A stretch of DNA of 64,000 nucleotides, taken from contig NC_087447.1 in the NCBI RefSeq assembly GCF_036321535.1, positions 48,548,001 to 48,612,000 of the forward strand, given 5' to 3'. The stretch's first letter is position 1. Every line of letters begins with the position of its first letter. Of this stretch, positions 1 through 12,857 are shown in pieces. The DNA comes from Camelus dromedarius (taxonomy: Eukaryota). The notes under the pieces are model-generated. The model was not told the DNA's origin. It did no database searches and worked only from the letters and a program-made list of their open reading frames with translations. Both the position numbers and the translations under genes were made by a program.

Positions 1-849
1 AGAGTATATTATAATTTGTACATTCCACTGATAGTAAACATTTAGCTTGCTTGTTATTATTCTTTGCTTTTATGGAAATGCTTCCATGAACTACTAAATC
101 GAAGCACACCAGTTCAGTTTTACCAGGTGATGCTTCAGTTTACACTCCCACCAGCAATGGATGCCAGCTCCATTTGATACAGATCCTCCCCAAATACCTG
201 GTAATGTCTGGCTTCTTATATTTTGTCAACATGCCGGGTATGAAATGATACCTTATTGTGATTTAAAATTTTATGTCTTTTGGAGTGAGTCCATTTTCCT
301 TGGTTTCTCCCCTCTATACATGTTATTAAGCTCTGATTTCCTTTTGTTTAAAAAAAATTGTCTCTTGACAGTGAATGAAATTGGGACCCTTTTAATATGT
401 TTGTAGGCTGTTTGTGTTTCTCCTTTTGTGAAATGCTTGTTGATGTCTTTTGTCTATAAAAAAAAATTTGAGAAGCACTTAGTGATAGTTCAATAGAAAA
501 CTAAGCAAATAAAACAAAGGACAATGATTAATTCTGGAAAAAAGTAAGAAGTTGTATAATAAAGAAAATATAGTCAGTATACTATGTGGCTTAGCTGTGA
601 ACAGTATTTCTGTAATAACTAGCATTTATGAAGTACTTATTATATGCCTATTTGTAATCATACCTCAGAGCTTACAGTTGAGGAAATTGAGGCAGAGATA
701 ACTTGTTAATGATCACAAAGCTTATAATTATTGGAAATAAAATTTAACCTAAGAAAATTTATACATAGCCATACTATAAAAACTATATATAATTTTAAAG
801 AATAGTTTTAATTTTGGCTAAGTCCAACTCCTAAATCTTTTATCATTTC

Positions 850-1220
850 TGCTATTGGTGCTGTAGCTAAGAAACTGTGGCCCAACCCAAGGTCACAAAC
901 ATTTACTCCTGTGTTTTCTTCTCAGAGTTATAAAGTTTTAGCTCTTACGTTTAGGTTTATGATCCACTTTGATTTAATTATGTATGTAGTGTGAGGGTCC
1001 AGCTTCTCGTACTTTTTGCATGAATACTTTTGCAGTTGTCCTAACACCATTTGTTGGGAGGACTGTTCAGTGAATTGTCTTGGTCCCTTTGTTGAAAATC
1101 TATTGACTATAAAGGTTAGAGTTTATTTCTGGAGTCTCAGTTCTATTCGGACTGAATGTTAGAATATATGTCTACTCATGCTTGTACCACAGTCTTGATT
1201 AATGTAGCTTTGTAGTATCC
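850..1220 (-). mobile_element. Old L1 (L1M-type) ORF2-region fragment
   Basis: Degenerate antisense L1 text (tttaggtttatgatccactttg ... caccatttgttg ... tagctttgtagta). Confidence 0.65.
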
Positions 1221-4216
1221 TTTTACTGGAAGCCTTATCAAGACTCAGTAAGGAGGATTCTTTTTATTAGCCTCAAAGGATAATAATAGTACAATAATGA
1301 CAATAAACATTTACTGAGACACTGAGCTAAGTACTTTATGCACATTAATTCATTTCATACTGTCAGCAGATGATCATAACTGTGTCAGACTTTGAGAGTA
1401 CAATGGTGAACAAATGGAGAATATTCTTGGTTTCATGGATCTCAAACATTAGTAGCAAATTAGGTGCAGTGACTGGAGGATAATAACAAATATAGGAACA
1501 AACTAATTTTAGAAAATGATTAGTTCTATGACAAAAATAGAACAAGCTAATTTGAGAGTAACCAAGGGATAAGGCTACTTTAATCCTTATAACAACCCCT
1601 AAAAGACTGATCTTATGACCCTATCTGACATGAAGAAACTCAGGCTTGGAGAAGTTAAGTGACTTGCCCAAGGTCACACAATTAATAAAGGCAGAACTAG
1701 GTTATGAAATCAAACCTTTGGTCACTAGTAAATGTAAAATTAATTTAGGTTCAGGAAGTTTTAAGGGTACAGTATCCTCTCATTCTTTTCTCCATCTTTA
1801 AAAATTGTCCTCTTTCTGCTGGAAATAGGTTAAGTTCAAAGTATAGGCCAAGAACTCTTAATTTGGAATTCTTGGATGGATTTCTTGAAGCTAGTGGAAT
1901 TATGTACAAAATATAAACGTATGCATTTTTTTTCTAGAGTGAGGGTTCATAGTTCATCAGATTCTGAACAGGGTCTGTGACGCTAGCAAAGGGTCCATAA
2001 ACATGCTTGAGTCACGTGGTTTAGGGAGATGCCATATTTCCTGTTTGTCTCTCACAGCACTGCTTTGTTCCCTCTCTGCCAGACTTTTCCTCTGGTAGCA
2101 GGAGGTGGGAGGAAATTATACATTTATTTTGTTAGGTCTGAAATAAACTTTATTCTGGCATCAAAAATTCTGTATACGTTTATCTCCCAAAGTAGAATTT
2201 TATTTATAAATTATAGAACTTAGTAATTGATCTATTAGTTAAGAACTTTAGAATTAACTTTGATTCTACTGTCAGTCATCTTCCATATCTTGAACATTCC
2301 TAAAATTTGTTTATTGTTGTTTTGAAAGTTCTTTCTATGTTTTCCTCTTTAATTCCATTGCCAGCCTAGACTCTCATCTTCTCCTACCCAGGTTATCGCA
2401 GCACATTTTTTTCCAGAATCAAGTCCATCTTATACTTTTCAAGGCATTGCTCTTTCTGAAATACTTTAATCTGTGCATTTTATTGGCTTCTCATTTTCTG
2501 CAGTACCATCCAAACTCTATCTGACTTTTGGGACCCTAACACACAAATAACAGAAAAAGAACATATATTCTCCACTTTATTACTTACTATTTCTTTTTCC
2601 ATGATCTGCTTTTATTTGTATCAGCTTTTAAAAATTGCTGGATTATTCCCACCTGGTTGCAGTTATTTTTAAAATTTGTTTGTTTTGTATCAATGTCCCC
2701 TATCACAGGCATCATACTGGGTCCTTATTTATGCCCTTCTCTCTGACTAAAATATCTTCCTTACCACTCCCTATTTCCCTATTTCCATCATCAATCCAAA
2801 TTCTCTCTGTCCTTCAATGCATAGCTTAAATGTTACTTTTTCTTTGAAGTCTCTGTTTCCCAAGCTGAAAGTAATCTTTGTTCCCTCCTTTGAACATTCA
2901 CAGCACTTTACCTATACCCCTTAGGGGTATTTAAAGTATTTATCTGTACATTATGTTAGGTATTTAGGTATTTGATATTAGCTTCTTGGGAGTAGAGGCA
3001 TTGTCTCACTAGTTTTAAGATTATCCCAGCATCTCCTACCACCCCATCTCAGGTCCACCCTAATACATATAATAGGTTCTTGGTGAATAAATCCTTATTT
3101 TTAAAGTATAACTTAACCTTGTTATGCTTTTGAAAGTTATTTTCGTTATATCAGAATTCTTTCATTATGACTCCATGGAGAAAAAAGTCAGTAATTAATT
3201 CATTTTTAAAAATTGTAACTAAAAAGAGCCTACACAGGCTAAAAGGACCATAAAGTAGCTAGGTGTTAAAGAATACGAAACTATTTTTTTTAAACCAAAA
3301 CTACATGCCTAAAATACAGAGTATTCTTTCTGACTAGAATATAAAGATTCATGTAAGGACCTTATTGTGTGCTTCATGCCTAACATTGGTTGCAAAATTT
3401 CCTGAAGTCATGGAGTGTATAAATAATTATGTGTCCAAATGAAGATGTTAGGAGTATACCAGAAAAATCTTTGTGGGAGTAGGAACAACCTTTGGAGGTG
3501 TATAGATTATTGGCTCTTTAACCAAATGGGAATTACTCATAAGCTGGTTTAAGTTGGATAGTCCCTGGAACTTTTTTTTTTTTTAATGAAGGAGATTAGA
3601 AGTGGAAGGTGTTCTCCTAGGCATAATTTCTGCTTGAAGAAAGTAATTTTCATTTAACTAGTGCCTGGGCAACTTGGAAAGTCTCTGTGGCCTTGGCAAA
3701 GTCTGCCATATTTAGACTCTGAAAATGAAACTTCTGATAATATGCCCTAAATAAAGCCTTACTACTTTTCAGAAGCATAAATGAGAGACTAGGAGAGAAA
3801 AAAAAAATCTGAGAATTAGCATAGCATTGGAGAAAAGAGCAGAGACTTTGAAGAGTGATGGAACTGGATTTGAATCTTGTCACTGCCACTTAGTAGTTGT
3901 ATAACCTTGAGCAAGTTACTTTGTATCTCTAAATCCGGTTTTCTTCTGTAAAAAGGGGAGGAAAATAGCTCAGAGTTTTGTGAGGATTAAATAGAATCAT
4001 AGAACCATGCCTGTAAATTGGCACAGTGACTCACTATTATGTACAGTAAATGTTAGGTACTATTACTATGATGGTATCCTAGGTCTAGACATCAAAATTT
4101 CATGCATGGATCCTTAAAATCTATTACATGCCATATTAGGGATGTTATAGATACTCAAAATAGTATATGCATAGGTGGATTTGTGAGTGACTGATCAGTA
4201 AGAATTCTGCTTTTAG

Positions 4217-4620
4217 AATGAAATTCTGCCGTTAGTAGTGATGTGGATGAACCTAGAGAATATTATGCTTAGAGAAAGACAAATACTATATGATATCACT
4301 TATATATGAAGTTAAAAAATAATACAAATGAATGTATATACAAAACAGAAATAGACTCACAGAAAACAAACTAGTGGTTACCAAAGACGAGAGGTAAGGG
4401 GGAGTGACAAATTAGGGATATGGAATTAACAGATACAAACTACTGTGTATAAAATAGATAAAAAGGATATGTTGTATGGCATGGAGAGTTATAGCCATTA
4501 TCTTATAATTTATAATGGAGTATAATCAGCAAAATACTGAATCATTGTGCTATACACCTGAAACTAATATTGTAAATCAACTATACTTAAATAAAAATAA
4601 ATGCTAGAAAAAAAAAAAAG
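4217..4620 (+). mobile_element. 5'-truncated L1 3' end with poly(A) tail
   Basis: L1 3'UTR motifs and A-tail; TSD ttctgcttttag at 4205-4216 and 4621-4632. Confidence 0.85.
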
Positions 4621-4969
4621 TTCTGCTTTTAGTTTTCCAGTAGGCATTCAAGAGCAAGTAGCAAACCAAAAACAAAAGGTCTAGGCTAAAGTTGTAGTTT
4701 ACTTCCACAGAGGGAGTTTTTCTATCAGAAGATAGGTTTACCTATTCATGAGCAACTACCAAATGCCAGATGTATTAGATCCTTTTAAAAGGTATCTTAT
4801 TTTTCTCAGTGACTGCAACCCAAGGCAGAAAAAATTTATATAATTTGAATTTGCCCAAGTCCATACTGTTAGGAATTTATAGGGAATTATAGTGAAATGG
4901 TAGACACTGTGAGGAATTTGAACCCCTCATTCTAAATCATATACTCTACCTTTGTATTTCTAGCACCTC

Positions 4970-5125
4970 TCTCTCAACTCTAAAAATTGGGGAACTCTGA
5001 AACTTATCAGTACCTAGGCCACATCCCAGATCATTTAAATCAATTTCTAGAGGTGAGACCCAAGCATCAGTATTTTTAAAAGCTCCCCAGTTGATTTTAT
5101 TGTTATATGAATTGGGAACTACTGA
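4970..5125. mobile_element. MER5A-like hAT-Charlie MITE
   Basis: Motifs catcagtatttttaaaagctcccca ... ttgggaactactg. Confidence 0.6.
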
Positions 5126-6407
5126 ACTGTTTCAGTGCCTATTAGAGAATAGATAAATCAGTAAATACTTGACTTTTGAAAGAATACATCCCTGATTGCC
5201 CAGCTGCTCCATTGTAATTCTTTCCAGTATTATAGTCAACCTAGAGTGCTTTTGTATTACCTTAAGTTTTAAAAAGGAGTTCTGTATTATACTTTGTACA
5301 TGTTTTCAATTAGGTCCCATAGCATATACAAGAAGATACCAGGCAGGAGGTAATGTTTTGTTGCTGACAGAATTCTGAATTTCCTACATTACTGGAAAGA
5401 AATAAGAATAATGGAAATAAGAGATGACTCAGGGTTTCTTTCTTGTGTTCTATCCAAGGTTGAAGGCATAGGTTGTAAATAGACATTTGTTGATTTTTTT
5501 TTAAATTAATATTCTTAATAATATATGGTTCAAAAATCAAAAGATAGAAAGAGATGTGTATTGAAAATTGTCCTTTTCAACTACCAGTCATAGTTCCCCT
5601 CCCAGGATATCATCAATGTTATATCAGTTTTCTCCCAGAGATATTTTAAACATATTTAAGCAATTACGTTTATACATATTTCTCATTTTTACCTAAATGG
5701 TAGTATGTTCGTTATGCTTGCTTACTCAACAGTGTATCTTACCTATACATAAAGAATTTTATCAGTTATATAATTTCTTCTTTTTTACAACTGAATATTA
5801 TTTCTCTATGTACCAAAATTATTTTAATCAGTTATCTGCTGATATTCAAGTTATTTCCAATTTTTCTCTATTACAAACAGTGCTACATTGAATAAATAAG
5901 TCATTTCAATTCTGTGTGAGCTTGTCTTCAGATAAATACTCAGAAATTCAAGATGTTGATACTGCCAGTTTGCCTTCTATGAAGGTTGTATATTGATTGA
6001 TTGAGAAATGACAAAGAAGCATGAAAAAATGTGAAAAATTAAAGGCATGAAGAAATATTAGTGACCAAAAATTATTGTAGCAGGAATAATACTAGAGTAG
6101 GTTGAGAGGATAGGAATGAGCCGATAGCCAAAAACACAGTGAGAAAACCAGCAGGTTTTGTCGTGTGTATATACACAATATATTTGTGATTAAAATGTAC
6201 TAAGGAATTTCCTAACATCCTAAAAGTTTTATATATATCTGAACTTTTAAAAACACATTTGAATATAATACTTTGTGAATGAAAACATACCTTTATAAGA
6301 AAGTATGTTACTATTTTCATTTCAGATTTCCACTCAGTATTTGTTTATCAAGATTTTGTCTTTTCATGCATAACTCTTTTTAACTTGAAATCTCTTTTTT
6401 TCCTTAG

Positions 6408-6501
6408 CCCTGGAAGAAAGCGGGACTTTTCTCCTGTTCCTTGGAGTCAGTACTTTGAGTCCATGGAAGATGTAGAAGTAGAGAATGAAACTGGCAAGGA
6501 T
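6408..6501 (+). CDS. PPME1: PPME1 coding exon 2 ((G)PGRKRDFSPVPWSQYFESMEDVEVENETGKD)
   Basis: Polypyrimidine tract and AG at 6406-6407. Translation matches the PME-1 N-terminal region. Ends at a non-canonical ATATCCTTT donor. Confidence 0.96.
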
Positions 6502-7164
6502 ATATCCTTTGCAAAATGGCTTATTCTTTAGTAAGCTTATAACATTTTCTAAGTGTAGTTTCTAAAATGTTCTCTATTCCTGCTTTTTATTTCATTTTTA
6601 TTCCTTACCTGTTCTTTGTACGGCATAGAATATTACTTGAAAGACTATGCCAGTATCTTACTTGGCTATAATTGTCTAATGTGTGGTGAAGGGATTAAGA
6701 ATTAAATTCCTGAAACTGATCAATCTCTTGAGGACCCAGGGGAAGGTTTCATGATCCAAGTGAGTTGAACTGGGTTAGTGTCTAGAAACCAGGGACTGTG
6801 ACCTCATTAAGGCAAAGGGAATCTTTTTTTTCCCCCATTGAAAAAGTGGTCATACTGGCTGCATGCTTCAAAAACAGTAGTTTGGTGTCTCAGAAACTTC
6901 TGTTCAGGTGCTTCTTAAGTTGGGAAGTCTGCAGCTTTGCTTTTAGTTTGGTCCTGCCTGAGTTTTCTAATCAATATTATTATGACTAAGTTGTCAAAAG
7001 CTTCAGTGAGGGGGAGAGAAATAGCTCAGTGGTAGAGTGCATGCTTAGCATACCCAAGGTCCTGGGTTCAATCCCCAGTACCTCCATTAAAAAACAAAAA
7101 CAAAAACAAAAAAACAAAATTCAGTGAGCAAAAGCTTAGATATGTTATCTTTAACTATTCATAC
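6502..7164 (+). other. PPME1: U12-type (minor spliceosome) AT-AC intron of PPME1
   Basis: 5' end ATATCCTTT (6502-6510), branch-point-like TCTTTAAC (7148-7155), terminal AC (7163-7164). Removal joins GKD|TFRVY in frame. Confidence 0.95.
7011..7119 (+). mobile_element. tRNA-derived SINE, resembling camelid vic-1
   Basis: A box (tagctcagtgg), B box (ggttcaatcc), A-rich (caaaaa)n tail; TSD ttcagtgag at 7002-7010 and 7120-7128. Confidence 0.85.
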
Positions 7165-7257
7165 ACTTTTCGAGTTTACAAGAGTGGCTCAGAGGGTCCA
7201 GTCCTACTCCTTCTGCATGGAGGAGGCCATTCTGCCCTTTCCTGGGCTGTGTTCACG
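7165..7257 (+). CDS. PPME1: PPME1 exon 3 (TFRVYKSGSEGPVLLLLHGGGHSALSWAVFT), with the HGGG oxyanion-hole motif
   Basis: 93 nt, in frame, followed by GTAAGT donor at 7258. Confidence 0.96.
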
Positions 7258-8327
7258 GTAAGTAGTTGATAGTAGAAGTTGATGTTAGTGCAATCATTAT
7301 TTATTTCAGGATGAATTTGACTAGCCTGACTCTTCCTTCTGTGCACACTCACTTAGCTTCATGTAAGAAGATTAGGGATGTAAGTTGAGTCCAAATGTTT
7401 ATCATCGTGGGCCCCAAATCACCTGTTCTTTAAACTAGAGGTTCTTAACTGGAGTGAGCTTAAGTGCATGAATTCTTCAGTTTATAAAATGTTCTCAATA
7501 TATTGCATTGGGATGAAGGGGATGGAATTGTCAAAAGTGGGGGTCTGTATCTCTGTGATCTAAGTCATAGATAAGCAGACAGTCTATTCAGGTGCTTTAG
7601 ATAGAAATAATGTCTGTCCTCCCTAATAGAGCCTACTATAGTACTTAACACCTGGAGATGTCCCATAAATATTTGGAAGATGTTTTTTCTTTTTTTAAAT
7701 AATGCTTTCTGTTTTAATGGTATTAGTGAGCTACTAGGAAGTAAATAATACTTGGTTGATGATACCCTGGTCTAGAGTAGAAAATAAGTATCTGTGTGAA
7801 TACTGCCAATTGTAGATCTTCCCAGTATCCTTGACTCTGGGATGGGGTAGCCCATATGTAAGGGGAGATGGTGTTAAGGAAGACACTGGCAACATTGCTG
7901 TCTAAAATGAAATTGTTATCTCTTGTATGTATCAAGTAGATATACATGTGTCCTCTACTTACCATTAGGGAGTCTGAAGGATAGAAGGTGGGAGCAAGTG
8001 GGAATGCAGCACTAGGAACCTGGAGCCGGATGGCTGTGGAGTTGAGGAGGGCCCTGAACTTTTTCATTTTGCTCCTGGCAGCAGGATTATTGTAATTAAG
8101 TGTAAAGGTGCCTCTGGTCTCTTCTATTAGACTATGAATTCCTTGAAAATAGGGGTAGTGTCTGACTTCTTTTGTTTCCAAATGCCTGAAACAGTTCCTG
8201 ACACATAGGCACTTACTCAACCGTTATTAAATGATTTGACCCTTGTCTTGTTTGCTGCTTTCTTTCTCTTAACTCTAGGAGGTAGCTGTATCATTTGTCC
8301 ATAAGTTGCAAACTTTCATGTCTCTGG

Positions 8328-8610
8328 GCCTGTGTTATCCAATAGAAATGTAATGCAAACCACATGTATAGTTTTAAATTTCCTAGTAGGGACATTAAGT
8401 AGGTAAAAAGAAACAGGTGAAATTAATTTCAAAATGTATTTTATGTAACCCGTTGTATCCCAAATATTATCATTTTGACAGATAATCAATAAAAAAGTTA
8501 CCTTTGCGATATTTCACATTATTTTTTATACTGTCTTTGAAATCCAGTGTGTGTTTTATACTCGTAGTGCATCTCAGTTTAGACTAGCCACATTTCAAGT
8601 CCTTAGTAAC
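8328..8610. mobile_element. MER33/MER3-like hAT-Charlie DNA transposon
   Basis: ctgtgttatccaataga ... aaacaggtgaaattaatt ... ctagccacatttcaagt. Confidence 0.6.
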
Positions 8611-10857
8611 ATGGCTTTAGTCATTTACATCCCTCAACTAGATTATCAGCTTTTTTCGAGGCAAAGACCACGGCTTATTTATGTGGGGCACATATTTTAT
8701 ACTCAAGGAATGTTTTTTGAATGAACAGGTAACTGCAACATGTGCCTGTTCTTAATGTAACAACTATATTAGTAAATGTACTCTGATAGCCCTGAGCCAG
8801 GGTCAGAAATGGTTCATGTGCTGTGACTCTCATGTTGCCTGGCTCTGCTCTAAACTAATATACTTTCACTGGGCAACTAACATGTTGGAGACCTGGAAGG
8901 AAAGAGATGTGTGACTGGGGAGAGGAAAGAGGTATCATCTTAATTGGCATGTCACATCCATACAACTGAATTGAAACTGGGAATAGTTACTCTAGGCTCT
9001 ACCTGATAAGAAATTTGACAAAAAGTAGTCTGTGGAAAGGAAAAGCTTTATTCCAAGGATAGTACTTAATAGGTCATAAGATTTTGTAAAATTTGGTGAG
9101 AATTACGTATGTAGGCCAGAGGTAGCCTCACTATATTCATTGAACTTTTGAGTAGCTACCTAGGACTCTAGTGCAAAATCAGAGCTAATGTTAACTGAAC
9201 ATTGAGTCCTTAGAAATGAGGGATCTAGTTAGGTCTAGATCAGACTTTCCGTGAAACAGCTATTGCTTTTGACACTAAGGGGAGGAACAATGGAGTAGAA
9301 GTCAGGTGATGTGATTTCTAGTTCTGATTTTGTGAGTACTAGTAATAAATAGATATTACGAGTACTAGTAATAAATATAAAGGCTACTTAAGCCCTTGAG
9401 TAAGTCACATAAGCCTTTCTGTAGTCTCCAAATGCAGTCTCCCTACACTTGAAGATGTCTGTAAAGATTATGTATAATAGTGGATATGAAAACTGTTTTT
9501 AAATTATGAAGTCTTGTACAAATATTATTATAAGCTATTTGTTGACATGTATTGATATTAAGTAATTTTATCCCATAGATAGGAACAATAAAATAACATG
9601 GAAAGTGCCTGGCGTAGAGGAAGTGATTGATAAATAGCTGCTGACATCATTATACTTGTTATCATTGTGGAAGATGCCTCTGGTTCTTCTTTTACTCAAG
9701 TGTATTCTACAGATGACAAGTTCCATGAGAAATTAATGAAATAGGGATTTTGTGATTAAATGAGTTTGAGAAATATTACATACAATATATATCAGTAATA
9801 TTTCAATAAAGCTGGGGAAAAAGATTTCAGGAAATACCCAAAGAGATGACAGGAGGCTACATTTTGTTGACAAATCAAAGGGGCTTTTCCTCCTCTCTTT
9901 CTTATTAATTTTATGTGTTTTAAAATATTTTTATCATGAGAATATAATAAAAATGATATGTTTAATCACTTAAAGGGAAAAATATGATTTAAGAAATCTG
10001 ATTTGTGTTATATGTTGACTCTTATGTTGGTAACTTACCTTGATTCTGGTCTTCTTTTTACTAGTAGTTATATGACCCTGAGCAAATAATTTCCTCTCTT
10101 GTCTTCAGTTTCCTCATTCATAAAATGTGAGAGTTACCCTAGACAGTTCTCCTATTTTATTTTTAAAAGTAAAAAAAAAAAAAGTTGGTGACATTTACTA
10201 ACACAAATTGTGATGTATTATTGCCAGAGAATCTGGTTCATTTGAAGAAGAAGATCCTCAATTATTTCAGATTTGTTTAAACATCTCAAATTGTACCTCA
10301 TCATAATATTATGATTTCTTTTTCAATATATTATTATTTAACTGACAAGCTTATGTGTACTGCTGCTGTATCTTCAGTGAATCTTTGGTAGATTTCATAT
10401 CTTGGGCAGCTTTCAAGGTTATTTCTTGATCTGAATGTCACATTTATATGATAAACTGAGCCAAGATGTAAACTGACTCATGGTCCTTACCTAGAGAATT
10501 TCCCTTCCAGAGCATGAAAAGATAACAGTGAGTATGGATGAAAATCATAGGTAGTAGCAAAGCTCAGAGGGTATTTCTTACAGGTGCTTATTCTGTCTCA
10601 TGAAAAAACTAGGAGGAGTTTAATTTTCAAGAAAGATTTCAGTGGAGAAAGCCATATTTTGAAGTTGGGATAGAACCAGAATATACACCAAAAAAGCAGA
10701 GAATAGTCATTTCTAAAATTTTTCTTAAAAGTGGAAAGTCTTTGATTCTCTTGAAATTCTTGAGTTCTGATGGCAGTTCATCCAACAAAGTTACCATTGA
10801 TAATGGGGAGAGATTTGCTAATCTGATGCATCTTAATACTTATCCTTTTCTTCCTAG

Positions 10858-10915
10858 GCAGCAATCATTAGTAGAGTTCAATGTAGAATTGTGGCTTTGG
10901 ATCTTCGAGGTCACG
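10858..10915 (+). CDS. PPME1: PPME1 exon 4 (AAIISRVQCRIVALDLRGH(G))
   Basis: ttcctAG acceptor, GTGAGT donor, alpha/beta-hydrolase DLRGHG motif. Confidence 0.96.
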
Positions 10916-11362
10916 GTGAGTGAAGTTCTTAATTAGTCACTGACTCAGTGACATATTTGCCAAGCCCTTTGAATAGTGTTAAGTATTATAAATTTCATCG
11001 TGGCTTGGTCTGTTCCACTTAGGCATTTTGTGGGAAGTATTAGCTTTCAGTTTTCATAAATATTTTATAAATACACAGATATGTATATATATTGTTGTTT
11101 AGCTAAGAGAATCTCCATTAATGTAACCAAATTCTAATGTTGATGATGTATAAGAGATGTGGAAAAATCTTTGCTACTGTAATTATCCTTCTTAAGATGG
11201 CCAACTATAAAGATGTGTCTGTAATAGAAAATCCTTGCTATGCTCATCATATACAATTATAAAATCACCATTTCATTATCCTAAGGTAAAATTTTTAAAG
11301 AGAATACTCTTGCTTTTATAATTCCTATTCTTGGAAGTTTAAAAAAAATATTTTCTTTTTAG

Positions 11363-11414
11363 GTGAAACAAAAGTCAAGAATTCTGAAGACCTGTCTGCA
11401 GAAACAATGGCAAA
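11363..11414 (+). CDS. PPME1: PPME1 exon 5 (ETKVKNSEDLSAETMA(K))
   Basis: tttttAG acceptor, GTAAGT donor, phase-consistent with neighbours. Confidence 0.95.
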
Positions 11415-11898
11415 GTAAGTAATTTAATATTGTTTATACAATCACCTGGCTTCCATTACTGTTATAAATAAATAGAATATCTTTATTGCTCTCCTGATGA
11501 GATTGTTGAACAATAATTAGCACAGAGAAAATTTTCCTTCTGTTCTCTTTCCTCTACATCTAGTGTTTCCCTACTATTTCATATTGAAAGAGATCTCCAT
11601 CTTTTTTGGTATATTCAATGTGATGATCATCATCACATAATGCACTTGTAAATTCTTCAAGGCATAGAAATATGTTGGCTTTCGAAAACTTTTCTTCTGT
11701 TCACAAGTGTTGAATAGAATCTGACGATCTATTGGGGACCCATTCTTAAAAAGTAGTTTTATACAAGAGACCCTGTGAGGTATTCTCAAGGTATCCTGCC
11801 CACATTCTTTGTCCAGCTTTATAGTAAAACAGGAACAGGGTATAAAAGAATAACTGATTATACACTGGGCCTCAAAGTAAAAGATGAATATAGCACAT

Positions 11899-12086
11899 AC
11901 AGTGGCTCTCAAACCTGGCCACTCATCAGAATCACCTGAGAAGTAATTGAAGTACTGATGATTTGGCCCTAACCTAGACCTATTGAATTAGTGCTTCTAC
12001 CAGTGGGTCTGGGCATCTATATTTCGATAAAGTTCTTTAAAGGAATCTGAGGTAGCCAGTCCCATGGCTGGTATTTGGGAACAGCT
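11899..12086. mobile_element. MER5-like hAT-Charlie MITE
   Basis: cagtggctctcaaacctggc ... catcagaatcacctg ... ttgggaacagct. Confidence 0.6.
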
Positions 12087-12857
12087 ATTCTATGCTGTTA
12101 ACAGGATTCTCCCATCTTCCCTGCTTTAATACACCCTTTCTCATGTGGTTAATGCATGCTCTCAAGTGTCTGACCAACTTTGGCACCAAAAATATCTTGT
12201 CCCTTCTTACCATAGCAGCTTTAATCCATGAGTAAGCTATTTTTCTTTCAGAACCCAAACTCATATGTGGCCATAATTTTATTGTTATAGTAGTTGCTAT
12301 TTATGTGCTTTCTATCTGCCAGGCTTTATTAAGTGTAAATTAAACATTTGTTAAGAATAAATTATTTAATTAATCTACATTATTAACTCTGTAGTGTATT
12401 ATCACCTTTTTTTTTTTATGAATGCAGAAACTGAGTCAAGTTGAATAACCATATGAGGTCACACAGTTAATAGACCAGAATTGTGATCATTAGCCATAGT
12501 GCTTGGCAGAGAGAGAGCAAACAAGAGAGAGAGAGTGAGAGAGTGGTAACAGTGTGTGAGGACCATTCCACTCAGTGAACATATGCCTGAGAAACCACGA
12601 AAAGAAAGCCAAGAATCAGCTCCCTCAGTTGTTCCTTTGTAGTGTGAGAACAATAAAGCGTGGAATAATCAAGCATGTTAATGATACCTATAGAAAGATT
12701 TGTGAATGATTTTTAAAGGGTTTCTTGAGTGTTGACCAGAAAAGTGAAACACATCATCTAAGTGGTCAGGCAGCCAAAGGGTGATGATGGCTTGACTGAC
12801 ATTTGAGAGGAAATTAAAGAATTAAGTGATGACCTTAAGGAAACATTGCCTAATAAT

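Noticed and set aside
7011..7085. tRNA gene
   Set aside because: It has A and B boxes, but also an A-rich tail, a TSD and a second dispersed copy at 22234-22381, so it is a SINE.
7723..8220. Longest ORF in the track (165 aa, - strand)
   Set aside because: No recognisable domain; intronic and antisense to PPME1, overlapping L2-like sequence. Probably a chance ORF.
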